Source: Octopus vulgaris
Taxonomy: Eukaryota
Length of the DNA: 64,000 nt
Reading direction: 5' to 3'
NCBI GenBank assembly: GCA_951406725.2
Contig: OX597826.1
Span: 38,874,001-38,938,000 of the forward strand
A model generated the notes under the pieces. That model worked only from the letters and a program-made list of their open reading frames with translations. It was not told the origin of the DNA and ran no database searches. Of the stretch, positions 37,773 through 51,101 are shown in pieces. The position numbers and the translations under genes were made by a program. Numbering within the stretch: the first letter of the stretch is position 1; the number at the start of each line of letters is the position of its first letter.

Positions 37773-37833
37773 GATAAAACTCTGAGTTTCGGATGCCGAG
37801 GTGGAAATTCACACCACCATCTCTTCAGTTATC
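37773..37833 (-). ncRNA. Type I hammerhead ribozyme candidate with canonical core, inside inverted repeat 37742-37898
   Basis: GAUAA CUGAAGA GAUG GUGG..CCAC cucgg CAUC c GAAAC ucaga GUU UUAUC. Confidence 0.6.
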
Positions 37834-37972
37834 CACCTCGGCATCCGAAACTCAGAGTTTTATCTTGGCTACCGAATAATTGTCACATATTACATTTACA
37901 GATAAATTCCTCTATTTACATAATGTTGAGGTCTCTTTCTTTCTTTCTTTTGTTATCTTACCGTTTTTACCA

Positions 37973-38036
<64 letters not shown>

Positions 38037-38115
38037 TCGCCTTAAATGGTCCCTTTGCATACTGAACACTTGGTGAAATTGATTAATAATTAATTAATTT
38101 TACCCTCAATTGTTG

Positions 38116-38152
<37 letters not shown>

Positions 38153-38728
38153 CATTTTCAAACACAAATCCTTAAAACAAGTTTAACAAGAATTAACACC
38201 CAACGAGTTATTAATAATCATTGTCGGATAGAGAAATAAATTGCAAATCAATGAAAGGCGAAGCTAATTGATCTTGTACGAGAACGTTCACCCGTCAACG
38301 TTACCAGGCGGATGCACAAACTTCCTTGTTCTGGATACAGAAAATAAACATCAACCTACTCGACCACTGGAAAACGCACTTCTTTTTCGTCGGAAATGAA
38401 ACAGTAATTAACCCAACCTACCTATCCATTACCGGGAACGACCTGCCAGATTCATATCCTTAACTCCGCCAGTATAAACTTCAGCACGGCGAAAAGTAGC
38501 TCAGAAGAGATGCTGGATCGGTATAGAGTCAATGTGTCCTATTTACAATAAACACAATAGCATGGAGCTTCAGACACTCTCACAAGCAAGGGACAAAAGC
38601 ACAAATACTTCTGATGGGTATTGGCGATGGGATGGACTTTTCCCTCTGTTGCTATCCCGCGGCTAATGAACACATAAACAAAGCACATACAGTACTTATG
38701 TGACACCGATATTACACATACACTCAAA

Positions 38729-39305
38729 GGTGACGAACTGGCATAGTCGTTAGTACGTAAGGCAAAATGCGGATCTTTTCGGTTTGAACGGCAGTTTTTT
38801 CTAGCGGTGTCATATGAAATTGTCACCCATAATTATGACCCTAGTATCTATCTATTGCATTTCAATCTGTTTTAGGGTTAGGGTTAGGTTTAGGGATGGG
38901 GGGAAGGGTATCTTTTTTCTTCACAAATGTAAATAAACCCAATCTATTTCTTAAACGAGGGACATATTCATATGGCACAGAATGTTTTTTACCTCAATAG
39001 ACGTCAGTGATTAGTTGAAATTGCAGAAATTGAAGAAAAAAAACAACAAATATCTTACAAACTATAGAATTTTCTCAATAAAGCCAAGAGAAAAAGATAT
39101 TTTATAAACACATTCTACCAGTATACGAAGTTTAACATATTTTAGTTACCTAGAAATTATGTTAAAAACTGCCGTTCAAACCGAAAAGATCCCAAAATGC
39201 TTATCAGCATTTCGTCCGTCTTTATGTAGTGAGCGTAAATGCCGCCAAGGTCGACTTTGCCTTTCATCTTTTCTGGATCGGTAAAATAAGCGCCAGTTGA
39301 ACACT
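38729..39305 (+). mobile_element. SINE family 2 copy split by MITE copy 3
   Basis: Head at 38729-38770 continues at 39193-39305. Confidence 0.75.
38771..39192 (+). mobile_element. Merlin-like MITE copy 3
   Basis: TIRs; 8-bp TSD caaaatgc. Confidence 0.93.
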
Positions 39306-40107
39306 AACCACCACGCGAAAACAAGAACGGTCCCTCAGACAAGGTTTTATACAGCTTCTGCTTACCAATTTACAATCTATTGTAGAAGATATGTGTTTAA
39401 CAATGAGATCGAAATCGAAGTCAAATAGAGTAGAAGCTTGTGATGTAGTGGTTCCAGAACACTTCTGTTGAACAACAACTGTGAACGTTTAAGGCTAGAA
39501 ATATTTTCAGTTCTGAATTGAAATGTCCTCGCTGTTTATGAAATATATGGTAATAGTCAGGAATGTCTACCTAATTAGATAGACAAACCATATGAAAGGG
39601 AATTCACTCTATCTCTCTATCACTCTTTCTCTCTCTTTCTTTCTTTTTCTCTGTCTTCTTCTCTCTCCCTGTCTCTTCCTTTCAGCGTCCTCCTATCCGT
39701 TCTCATTCTCTATTTTTGTTCTCCTTCGTTATCTGGTTTTGTCATTCTGTCTATTCTATCACCTTTCTCTTTTTCTCTCTTACTGTTTCATTCTCACTCT
39801 TCCTCCGTTTTTGTGTCTCTTCTTTGGCTCTAATTTTCACTCGCACTCTCATTCCTTATTTCTCACGTCCTTGTTTTTCTGTCGCTTATCTCTTTTCTCT
39901 CTCTCCCCCTCATTCGTTCCCCCTCTCGTACTCTCTCCATTTCTCCGTCTCATACAGATAGCTATCACAATACAGACATGCACACACAAGACTCCTACAA
40001 AGTGCACGCATTAATTCACATACATATTGATATATAGATATAACTATGGGTACACACAAGCATATATACACGTAACACATACAAACATTCCAATACATAC
40101 ATATACC

Positions 40108-40338
40108 TATTTCTTTATTACCCTCAAGGGGCTAAACATAGAGGGGACAAACAAGGACAGACATAGGTATTAAGTCGATTACATCAACCCCAGTGCGTAA
40201 CTGGTGCTTAATTCATCGACCCCGAAAGGATGAAAGGCAAAGTCGACCTCGGCGGAATTTGAACTCACAACGTAACGACAGACGAAATACCGCTAAGCAT
40301 TTTGCCCGGCGTGCTAACACTACTGCCAGCTCGCCGCC
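40108..40338 (-). mobile_element. SINE family 2, tail type A
   Basis: Full-length family match. Confidence 0.9.
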
Positions 40339-40779
40339 AATACATACATATACCTTCTCCCTTTCACCCTCTCCCTTCATCGTCACCCCTCCCTTATTAC
40401 CCCACCCTACACATTCCAACCCCACCATCCCTATACATCCCATCCCACCCCTACCCCATCCCTTAGAACCCACCCTTGCTTCCCTCACTCTCGCCTTCCT
40501 CACACCCCAACACCACCATGCCACATCACACCATCCCGCACAAACTAGCACTGACCACTTCCCAGCATCCACACCATCATCCACACAGCTACACATGCAC
40601 ACATGCGCACGTCAAGGTCACCAGCCTCCTTCCACACGCATATATACGCTCTCACATACGCACGCGCACCTTCGTTTTGGGATCACCAATACTTTATTAT
40701 CTCCCTTTCTTCCCAGCTCTCCTGTGTGACCCCTCTGTCCGGCACTCACCTTGATAGATCGCTAGCCACTAAACCTTTT

Positions 40780-40985
40780 CTATTTTCTCTCCCTGTTTAT
40801 TTCTGTGTCCCTTTCTGTCGAAGAGCTTAGGCTCGAAACGTAAAAGACTTTCTCACTTCCCGAGCGTTAAACCAATACATCTGTCTCTTGTTTACACACC
40901 CGTCTTCGTCTTTTGTTTGTTTTTTTTTTGTTTTGTATTTTTAGTTTTTTTTTTGTTTGTTTTTTTTGTAAATTCTCACTACATA
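40780..40985 (+). repeat. Short PLE-terminus-like repeat with hammerhead-like motif (also about 14000-14160 +, 54040-54167 -, 60135-60310 +)
   Basis: Shared ctttctgtc[g/a]aagagcgtaggctcgaaacg..aagacttt..ctgtcttcgtcttt; each copy ends at a microsatellite or CA/TA-rich tract. Confidence 0.7.
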
Positions 40986-42686
40986 CATAAATACTCGTAC
41001 ACACATGCACTCTTTCTGACTCTCCCTCCGAAACACATTTGCTCATTTTAGTGTATTAGACAGAGACAACATATAAATGTAAATGACTTAATATTGACGA
41101 CAGCCAATTAATCAACTAATTAGGCAATTAACTAATTAGGTTGGAATGCAGTCTTAACAAGGTGACTGTTTACGTATTTCTTTTCTACTTTTTGAGAATT
41201 AATATAGTTTCCGCTTGTATAAATATGTGTATGCGTGTGTGACGTGGCGGCTAGAGCAGGAAAACAAAAAAGGAAACACAGACGAAGTTCATCACATTGA
41301 GACCAACGCGTAAAAATAATATTGGTGTTTTTGTGTGTATATTTCAGTACGTTTATGCATTTAACTGGACATACAAGTTTAATCGTGTATGTGTATACGT
41401 GGTGTATGTTTGTGTGGATAGAAAAATACAAGAGAAAAAAGACATCAATGGACCATTGATAAGAAGTTCGTAAATCCAATACCCAAGATACCATTTCAGC
41501 TTTATACTTATTATTATTGGAGCAACAAGATTCATACCAACCCGTCTGGAGCAAAGTATGGCTGAACCTGAGATCTTGGGATGAGAAGGCAAATCCTTAA
41601 TTCATAGGTTACAAATGATCACGATATCTGAGACTACAAATATCTGCAAGACCTTCTTACGATTTAGCGGATGGCGAACAAAACAAGAAGCTTTTCTTTA
41701 CAACCTTACTACCAAATATGTGATTGGTCAAAATGTACTTTAAGTTAAAAAGAGAAATAAAACGTACGGCGAAATTCTGGTTTAAGCAATCCATATAACT
41801 TTTTTTATATTTTGGGGAATTTTCAGAAAACTTTTGCAAAATTGTGTTCTATGCACGGAAATTCACGCAAAATATATTTTAAAAAAACTTTTAAACCCTG
41901 CCCTCACTCCCTAAATCCTAAATCACTGTGGATAAATCCCAGCAATGACCTCATGCCCCCCAATACGTATGTGATCTATACGGATTAAATCTAATTTGAG
42001 CATCCGTAAGGATTTATGGTATAGTGGGGTGAAAATATTTCAATCTAATTTATTTATTTATCAATTTATTTTGTATTGAGTTGCTTGATCTAATGTGTAG
42101 AACACAAATATGCCTAAAATTTCCGAAAATGTCCAAAAGTAAAAAAAGTTATAACCGGTTACATGGTATGCCTCGATCCACAGTCCATAATAGACCGTGC
42201 GAATAGTTTTAACTTATTGAATTTGGATTTCAAAAATTATTTTAAAATTATCAACAGAAACAAATGACAGATTCGGACTGTCTGTATTTTAAACTCTGAT
42301 ATTTTTTAGATATTCGAAAAAGATTGGTGATTCTAGAATTTATGGGGTGGGAGAAAATTTTTTAAAGTTAAAAAAAAACATTGCATCATCATATGAATTA
42401 CCATATGAATTAGAGCACAAATTCGCAAAAAATTTCTGAAAATTCCAAAAACATAGACGTCATCATCATTAAGAAAATTAACAAAAACTACAATAGAAAT
42501 TTCTGTGTGGGAGAATGAAACGGAGAGTGGTATTGGTTTTTTGGGGGTTTTTTTTTTTTTTTTGCGAAATCTGAGATAGGCCTTCTTGTGGCAGGCAAAG
42601 TAGTCCGTCAATTAGTCGACAACAATTACAGATAATTTTCGTATAACAACAACGACAGCAGTCTGTCAATTATTTCTAATTAACAA

Positions 42687-42756
<70 letters not shown>

Positions 42757-42794
42757 CTTGCGTGCGCGCGTGCGTGCGTGTAATCCATGTGTGT

Positions 42795-42825
<31 letters not shown>

Positions 42826-42980
42826 CGTGCTTGCGTGCGCACGTGCGTGCGTGTATGTGTGTGTGCATGCGTGTGTGCGTGTGCGTGCGTGAGTGCGTGC
42901 GTGTGTGTGTACATATATTACATTCATATGTTAAACTTTGGTATTTTATCACATCGATTAAATTACCAGTACCTGTTAAA

Positions 42981-43175
42981 TACAAAAGGAGTGCTGAACA
43001 GTTCTTGGCTTTAAGGGTGTCGCGAAAGGCCTAGTTAGCGTCCCAGCCTTCCGAGTTCTTTTACAGGGTTTACAAAAACTGTGAGCAGAACACCTTGAAA
43101 AAAATCATCATAATTAACTGATCCTCCTGTATTTTCTGTTACCCAATGCCAGGAACTTTTCAGTACCCCCTCGTA
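42981..43175. mobile_element. Mariner-type MITE
   Basis: TIRs tacaaaaggagtgctgaacagttcttggc / gccaggaacttttcagtaccccctcgta with TA ends. Confidence 0.75.
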
Positions 43176-43229
43176 TTTATGATTCAGTTTAATATTCTGG
43201 CGGAGTTTCGAATCTGCATATCCACATAT

Positions 43230-43445
43230 ACTCTTTTACTCTTTTACTTGTTTCAGTCATGTGACTGTGGCCATGCTGGAGCGCCGCCTTTAGTCGAGGA
43301 AATCGACCCCAGGACTTATTCTAGTAAGCCTAGTACTTATTCTTTCGGTCTCTTTTGCCGAACCGCTAAGTTACGGGGACGTAAACACACCAGCATCGGT
43401 TGTCAAGCGATGTTGGGGGGGACAAACACAGACACACAAACATAT

Positions 43446-43482
<37 letters not shown>

Positions 43483-43643
43483 ACGGGCTTCTTTCAGTTT
43501 CCGTCTACCAAATCCACTCACAAGGCTTTGGTCGGCCCGAGGCTATAGTAGAAGACACTTGCCCAAGGTGCCACGCAGTGGGACTGAACCCGGAACCATG
43601 TGGTTGGTAAGCAAGCTACTTACCACACCGCCACTCCTACGCC
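43230..43643 (-). mobile_element. SINE family 1
   Basis: Full-length family match. Confidence 0.9.
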
Positions 43644-43966
43644 TATGTTGAATTTTCTCCATTTTGACTGGAATTTTTCCGATTCTTTTTCACAGCGCCC
43701 TTAGAAATGATATGGGGCATCTATTTTATTAAATAAAAATTTTCGATGATATGATTCAAAGTGGAATTTGGCTTTTATTTTTAACATTTCGAATATCACA
43801 GAGACTCCCTCGTTCGATCATGATGTTACATTTTTCTTTTTGTTGTCTCGCCTCCATTAATCTGAAATCGATTTCATATTGCTCCTGCATTGTTAAAATG
43901 ATATATTCTAATGTGTATAGCTTTGTTAAACTATACGTAAACAAATGAGTGGAGATGAGTATGCAT

Positions 43967-44387
43967 GGATCTTTTTGGTTTGAACGGCAGTTTTTAATAT
44001 AATTTCTAGGTAACTAAAAAATTTTAAACTTCGTATACTGGTAGAATGTGTTTATAAAACATCTTTTTCTCTTGGCTTTATTGAGAAAATTCTACAGTTT
44101 GTAAGATATTTGTTGTTTTTCTTCTTCAATTTCTGCAATTTCAACCAATCAATGACGTCCATCGAGGTAAACAACATTCTGTGCCGTATGAATATGTCCC
44201 TCGTTTAAGAAACAGATTGGGTTTATTTACATTTCTGAAGAAAAAAAGATACCCTTCCCCCCACCCCTAACCCTAACTAACCCTAAAACTGATAGAAATG
44301 CAATAGATCGATACTAGGGTCATAATTATGGGTGACAATTTCATATGACACCGCTAGAAAAAACTACCGTTCAAATCGAAAAGATCC
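43967..44387 (-). mobile_element. Merlin-like MITE copy 4
   Basis: TIRs; 8-bp TSD gtatgcat. Confidence 0.93.
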
Positions 44388-44669
44388 GTATGCATTTACT
44401 AAAGGTTTATTACTTTAGGTACAATAGGGCTTAAGCCGTCAGTTATTTTTGTATAGTTCCCTCAGATTCGTTTTATGCACGCTGCTATCATTCTTCTGTT
44501 ATCGTTCTCCTCCCGGAAGTCCTCTTTTTTCCTGCTGACCAACTTCCTAGCTAGCCCTCAGCGAAATATCTGTCTACAGTTCGTCTACCACGAATCCTAT
44601 CCTACATAGCCCCCACGCCCCAGAACTGTAGACTGTCACTGGAAACAGGATGGCGTTTTTATTGTCCTG

Positions 44670-44950
44670 CCCCAACGTACCTGTAATTATTGAAACACTG
44701 GGATGTATAACACACTGCCAAAATACCAATCATGAGAAATTAGGCTTCTCAAAACCAGAAAGGAAAAAGCTGATTCGAAGACTACAGATTCAAGCGTTCA
44801 TTGGAACTAAAAGATCTGTAAAACTTTCCAGAAATTTATCATTTAAATATATATGAACATGTCTAGAAATGCAACTATATGCATGAGAAACGAACGCGTA
44901 CATAAAATACATGAGAATATATACATAAAGCAAAACATACAAATCTGCAC
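44670..44950 (+). mobile_element. Dong/R4-type LINE C-terminus and 3' UTR
   Basis: VPVIIETLGCI..EKLGFSKPERKKLIRRLQIQAFIGT, then KICKTFQKFII*. Confidence 0.65.
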
Positions 44951-44967
44951 ATACATACATACATACA

Positions 44968-45001
<34 letters not shown>

Positions 45002-45137
45002 CATACATACATACATACATACATACATACATACATACATACATACATACATACATACATACATACATTCATACATACATACATACATACATACATACAT
45101 ACATACATACATACATACATACATACATACATACATA
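44950..45137. repeat. (TACA)n microsatellite
   Basis: Seen directly. Confidence 0.98.
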
Positions 45138-45367
45138 CTCTGATGATGTTGAAATTCCAATGAAGGAGCCTTGGATATGCATGCATACATACATACATGT
45201 CATTATTTAGTTTTATTTAAAGATTTCTTGCCAATAGAGAAAGAGCCATTTTCTAACCTACATCCAACATTTCTAACCTGCATGCATGCATGCATACATA
45301 CATACATACATACATACATACATACATACATACATACATACATACATACATACATACATACATGGTG

Positions 45368-45895
45368 GCTGCCCCCTCGTTATCGAGTATGGCCATTGCA
45401 CGAAGCTTAATCAATGTTGTTATCGTGCAATGCCTGTGCAAGAAGATTTTTTTGAAGTGAGGAAAGGCTGTGCACTGAGTCAATCCCACTAATCCGAAAA
45501 TAAGAACAAGTCGACATCATCGGTAACCACTGAGTTGCAGGTTTTATGTCGGAGTTATCCTAGTTACCTGAGTTACCTTCTCCTAGAAGGATGCCCTAAC
45601 AAAGGCTAGGAGTCCTTCACTCCCAATGGTTTAACCGCGCGATCGGGTATTCAGTCCGATTATTTCTATGTCCCCGCGCATGATACAGTCTTAAGGCATT
45701 TATTGGATGGCCGTTGACTCTCAAGAGTTCCTCCGCCCTTTGATGGGTTTTGTTTTTCATCCCGCAGGGTGTCCAATAAACACCCTCCTCACCAAGCAAG
45801 CTTGGTGGGGTTGCCGGTTTAGTCGCCGACGACCCGACCATGCAACAGGTTGTACTGGGTTACATGTTACCAGTAGCACACGAAAGTGACCTGAC
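45368..45895 (-). mobile_element. Short non-coding RTE-derived element within (TACA)n tracts
   Basis: 3' end ..ctcgataacgagggggc resembles RTE termini; 5' end folds like an HDV-type ribozyme; no ORF. Confidence 0.5.
45814..45891 (-). ncRNA. HDV-like ribozyme candidate (decayed)
   Basis: P1 GGUCAC/AUGGUC, P2 CCAGU/ACCGG, P3 ACA/UGC, L3 ACCUGU, P1.1 CC/GG, P4 UCG/CGA, J4/2 CUAA; one mismatch each in P1, P2 and P3. Confidence 0.45.
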
Positions 45896-45923
45896 ATACA
45901 CATACATACATACATACATACAT

Positions 45924-45956
<33 letters not shown>

Positions 45957-45957
45957 T

Positions 45958-45988
<31 letters not shown>

Positions 45989-46005
45989 TACATACATACA
46001 TACAT

Positions 46006-46036
<31 letters not shown>

Positions 46037-46355
46037 TACATACATACATACATACATACAAACATACATACATACATACACACACACACATACATACATA
46101 CATACATGCATACACACATACATACACACATACACACATACATACACACATACATACACACACACACACATACACACACACATACATACACACATACATA
46201 CATACATACACACACATACATACATACATACATACATACATACATACATACATACATACATACATACATACATACGGTTGTCGAACTTCTGAGTTGGAAG
46301 GGCATAAAAGAACCAGCATCGATTGTCAAGCGGTGGTGAGACACACACACTCACT

Positions 46356-46412
<57 letters not shown>

Positions 46413-46445
46413 TCACTCACTCACTCACTCACATGCACATACACA
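45895..46445. repeat. (TACA)n/(CA)n/(CACT)n compound microsatellite with a SINE fragment
   Basis: Seen directly. Confidence 0.95.
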
Positions 46446-47293
46446 CGTTGAGTTAATGAGGATCTATTGAAAAGATCGAATTAAATCAAAAGGGGAAGCA
46501 CAAGTAAATAATTATATGCTACTACGTTAAGACATCGTACCAAAGGGAAAAAAATCAAGCAAAGAATTACGATGTTAAAAGAATCGACAGTAGAGAAGAG
46601 GTGTGCCAAGCTGTAGAACCATAGGTATAATTGGTAAGGGGATTTATTATGACTGATTGTGATGAAGAGTAAAAAGAGTTAAATGGCAACTTCTATTAGC
46701 CTCAGGATTTTGTTATCTCCTAAAACTGACGTGAACGATTCAATCCAGAACCTATCAATGCTTTGAATTATGCTGTAAAAGACATTAGTCAAAGAGACAA
46801 TATCTTAAATTAAATTGTGTCGTGTATCGTGTATTGTTATATATCATATATAAGTGAAGATAAGGATTAAATTTACGCTCTTAAAGTTAACGTATACGAA
46901 GAAGTTTAGTTTAATTACTTCAGAGTGATTAAATGAATAAATTATAGCTAAACGAGAGACATATCAAATTAATATATAGAGAATTAAGAAAATTTAGAAA
47001 AGATTTAGCGGAATGAAAAATTAACTCATTGAAATAATTATAATTACAATACCTAGAACAACAACAGTAATAACAGTAAGTAAACAGAACCAGATTAAGA
47101 TAAGAATATAGAGAAATACAGATTGAGATAAGTTTAATTGGTTGGTTCAGGCAAACTCAGGCATAAGTACAATTTAGGCATAGTATTAGGTAGAACAAGG
47201 TTATAATTGTCATCAAATTCATACATACATTATACTATTTTGGTTTATTTATAGGAATTAAAAATTAAAATTCTGTGGAACGATTATTTTAAA

Positions 47294-47495
47294 ACGTAAA
47301 GTGTACTAGCCATCTGAATGTGGCTATCATAAGGGCACAGAAATTGTGTCTAAGGCCAGCTGGAGACGTCGATCTTCTGGGGCTAAAAGCGTCAGTAACA
47401 CCCACCCCCAGTGGCTAGCCACATTCAAATGGCTAGTACACTTTACGTTGTCGAGCGGTTACTGTTTACATCTCGTTCGGAGATTTATTAATGAT
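47294..47495. repeat. Repeat with 33-bp inverted arms, related to 59386-60030
   Basis: acgtaaagtgtactagccatctgaatgtggcta / tagccacattcaaatggctagtacactttacgt; shares agggcacag..gccagct.gag and gagatttatta. Confidence 0.7.
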
Positions 47496-47879
47496 TATTT
47501 TAAAGCTATGAATGAAATAACCGTAGTCATACTAAAAAATATTTAGATTATGAAATCTTAGTATTCCGAATCAGAACAGCGTTGAGATAATTATTTTACA
47601 TTATAAATTGATTAAAATATTAATTAAATAATTAAGTAAATAAAATATTCATCCTTATAACCAGGGAAAATAATACAAATGCGAAATAGGCATTATTTAA
47701 AAGTATAAAAACTATTCTATTTATTTTATTGTATTTTATAGTCCTAATTATTCGATGTTCATCAAACAATAAAGAAATGTATGTATAGTTTACTTCATTC
47801 AAATTTATCTTGATGAATGGTAATTACGCATTATGTCAGAAAATAATTAAAGCAATTACGTTCTCTTTATAAGAATGGG

Positions 47880-48290
47880 TTTAAATACTAGAAAAGTTCT
47901 ACGAGTAGAATTTGGGCATTCAATCCTCGATTCATGAAATTTATTAATAATGTGTTTTGAGCATTTCAAGAATTTCCATACAACACAGATGGCATCCATA
48001 ATGATCGCTAACATAAGACTTAACATGCCTAGCAATGTTCCACGATAAGTGAAATTCAGTTTTCTTTTCTTTTCAATTTCTAGATCTTTGCAGCTAGAGA
48101 AGTTAACGTTGCCTTATTTTTTCTTCGGAAAGTACGGAGATAGTTACGTAATCTTCGATTTGAAATGACTTGCTGTGGTCCCTATGTATATGAAAATTCG
48201 TTGACTAGTCTTAACAGTGCACCTATGTACAATATTTTTAATCAAGAACTTATTGTTAAGCGGACATTTTGTTTCTTACAGTTGCACAAT
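47880..48290 (-). mobile_element. Penelope-like GIY-YIG domain remnant
   Basis: CNC..KCPLNNKFLIKNIVHRCTV..YIGTTASHFKS..TSLAAKI..LSWNI..CHLCCME. Confidence 0.8.
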
Positions 48291-50100
48291 TTCATTAACC
48301 TTGGTTAGGAAACTATGCGAGGTACATGACCGATTATATTAACCAGTTCACTGTTATCAATATGGTTACTATAAGTGTTGGTACCCTCAACATTTGTTTT
48401 ATTGTTATCACTATTACGATGCTGTTGCGAAATCCTACTTCAGTTCTCCATAGTGGTGCAACAGTGACAATGGTCGTTCGCTAGCTATAGTAGCGGGGCG
48501 TATGCACTGGCAGGTCCAACCAAACTACAAAGGTACCGAACTTTTAACTCTACGGAAGAACTACCTAACGGAAGTGAGCACTTAGTCTATTCGCTAGAGG
48601 TTGGAAGCTAACTAAACTGAAAAAGTAATCAAATGTCCCAGGCCAAGTCCTCTTTAGTTGGGAAAAAAGCTAATCACCTACCCCCGTAGAAATCAAGTTG
48701 TTGTTGTTATTGTTTCCTATACGCACAGCAGATTAAACTGCTGGAAAGGAAAATTCCTAACATGGGGTATAACAAATAACCTTAGATGCCAAGAACCTTC
48801 CTAAGTATCCTAGCTGTCCCTAATAATACTGTTTTCAGGGGCTACACTAAACTAGGTTTTATGAGTAAGTCCTGGTAATTTGCTATTTTCTCTATACCTC
48901 TCATATTGACCGTCTCAAAATTTGAGATAGTAAAGTTAATTACCTGGCACTTTCTACTCTCTTAGTTTATTACTACTAAATCAGGCCTTCTAGCTTTTAA
49001 TATTCTATCGGCCTGAATATCAAAATCTCACAGCATCTTACATTTCTTACTTTCTAGCACTTTACTAGTTTAATGTTCTTACCATTTATCAGTATGGTCA
49101 AATCTTAGCTTTCTGTGGATTATTCTCCCTAAGTTGTCGTGTCTTTTCCAGTATTCTTTCTGTATCAGCATAACTAACTATATGAGTAACTCTATCCTCC
49201 TTTGATTTACATAACCTACATTGGGAATCTACCTGGTTTTTTGTCTATCTTGGCTTTTATCCAATTAGTCTTTAATGCTTGATCTTATGCAGCTACTAAC
49301 AAACTTCCTGTTGTTTCCCTCTTCGGCTTTACTTTCTGCAACCATAACCATGTCTCACTACTACTATTTGCTGCAACTATCTTTGGTAATCTACCATGAA
49401 ACGCTTTCTCCTGCCAGTCAGATAATTTCTGTTCTTTTTTCTGGTTTTTAACTTCATTTGACTTTTTGGTTTCCCTATGCCCTACTGTTGCTCTAGCAGC
49501 TCAATAAATTGTCTTCACTATTACCTACATAGGAAGCTTTATCTACTCTAACTAGCTCCACGCGGTTTTCTTCTGATATCGACCCTCTACTACCTTCCTT
49601 TCTAGTAAATATAATTTTGATACTCCTGCTCTTTGGCGAAGGCCTCCATTCATATTGAATTACTTCCTAGTTCTTCTGTCTAGATTTGCTAATTCAGATT
49701 GTGTCCAATGTACAAAAGCTGCTGAGTATGTAAGTATTGCCCAATTATTTACAGCCTTCACTTGATTCGGACCATTTAGCTTTGACTTCATTAGCTTCCT
49801 CACCCTTCTGATGTATTTCTTCATTTTCATTTTCATTGCTATAGTTAGTATTCTGTCAGATTCTAATTCTCCTAGATACCTATAACTCTCTCCTTTTTCA
49901 GTGATTTTTATGTCTGGCCATCTGGTAATTGGATGCCTTCACTGTTGACTACCTGTCCCTTTTTTATGACTAACATTTTGCACTGATCTATGCCAAATTC
50001 CATACCTATATCCTTACTGAAGAGTCTTACTGTATGTATTAAGGAATATATCTCTTTTTAATGTGCTGGTGTGTCTCAGGCAACATAGTTATCATTTAGT

Positions 50101-50575
50101 ATAGAAAGACAACAGGGTGAAGTCGCTAGTAGGAGAGTTTGGGGAGGTGAAAGAGGAGGATGAAATATTGTAGCTGAATAAATCAGGGGAAGCTAAGTTA
50201 AGAGAAGTCAAAAGCAGTTATGAACAAAACAGAGTATGAAAAAGTAAAAACTGAGAAAATAAAAAGTGTGAAAGGGTGAGAATTTTCGAGATATTTTGGG
50301 AACTCTGAGAATTTTTGTATTTTTTGCATCGTTCAAAAACGTTTTCTTGTGTTTTTTTTTTTTTTAAGTTTATGTAATCTATTAAAATCTTACCCTTTCA
50401 CTCATTTTTATTTTCTAAATTTTTACTTTTTCACCTTCTGTTTTGCTCATCAGTGCTTTTGACTTTTCTTAACTTCTCTTAACTTCCCCTGACTTATTCA
50501 AATACAATAGCCACCTTCCTCTTTCATCTTCCCAACCTCTCCTACTAACGGCGTTATCCTGTTGTCTTTCTATAT
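50101..50575. mobile_element. Fold-back element with approximately 185-bp arms inserted in the Dong RT
   Basis: atagaaagacaacagg / cctgttgtctttctat and gtgaaagggtgag / cttaccctttcac; tatctcttttt repeated on both sides. Confidence 0.8.
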
Positions 50576-50868
50576 TAGACTGTATCTCTTTTTTCTTCTG
50601 TCTAAAAATCTTCAAATCATCAGTGTAGAACAAATGGTTCATTTTTCTTTTACTATCTCTAAACTGACACCCTGCCTTTGCCTTCCTTAATACTAAACTG
50701 AGGGGTATTAAACAACACAAATGTTAAAAGGGATAACGAGTCTCCTTTGAAAATTCCTCACCTAATATTAATTTTCCTTAAGGCTGTATCACCTGTGTAA
50801 AGATCTACTTCCCATTTCTTCATGCTGTAGCAAATCAACTTTCTTATGTTGTCTGTAACACTGAATAT

Positions 50869-51101
50869 ATATTTCTTTACTACCCACAAGGGGCTAAACA
50901 CAGAAGGGACAAACAAGGACAGACAAACGGATTAAGTCGATTACATCGACCCCAGTGTGTAACTGGTACTTAATTTATCGACCCCGAAAGGATGAAAGGC
51001 AAAGTCAACCTCGGCGGAATTTGAACTCGGAACGTAACGACAGACGAAATACGGCTACGCATTTCGCCCGGCGTGCTAACGTTTCTGCCAGCTCGCCGCC
51101 T
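50869..51101 (-). mobile_element. SINE family 2, tail type A, with 15-bp TSD
   Basis: gtaacactgaatata on both sides. Confidence 0.92.
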
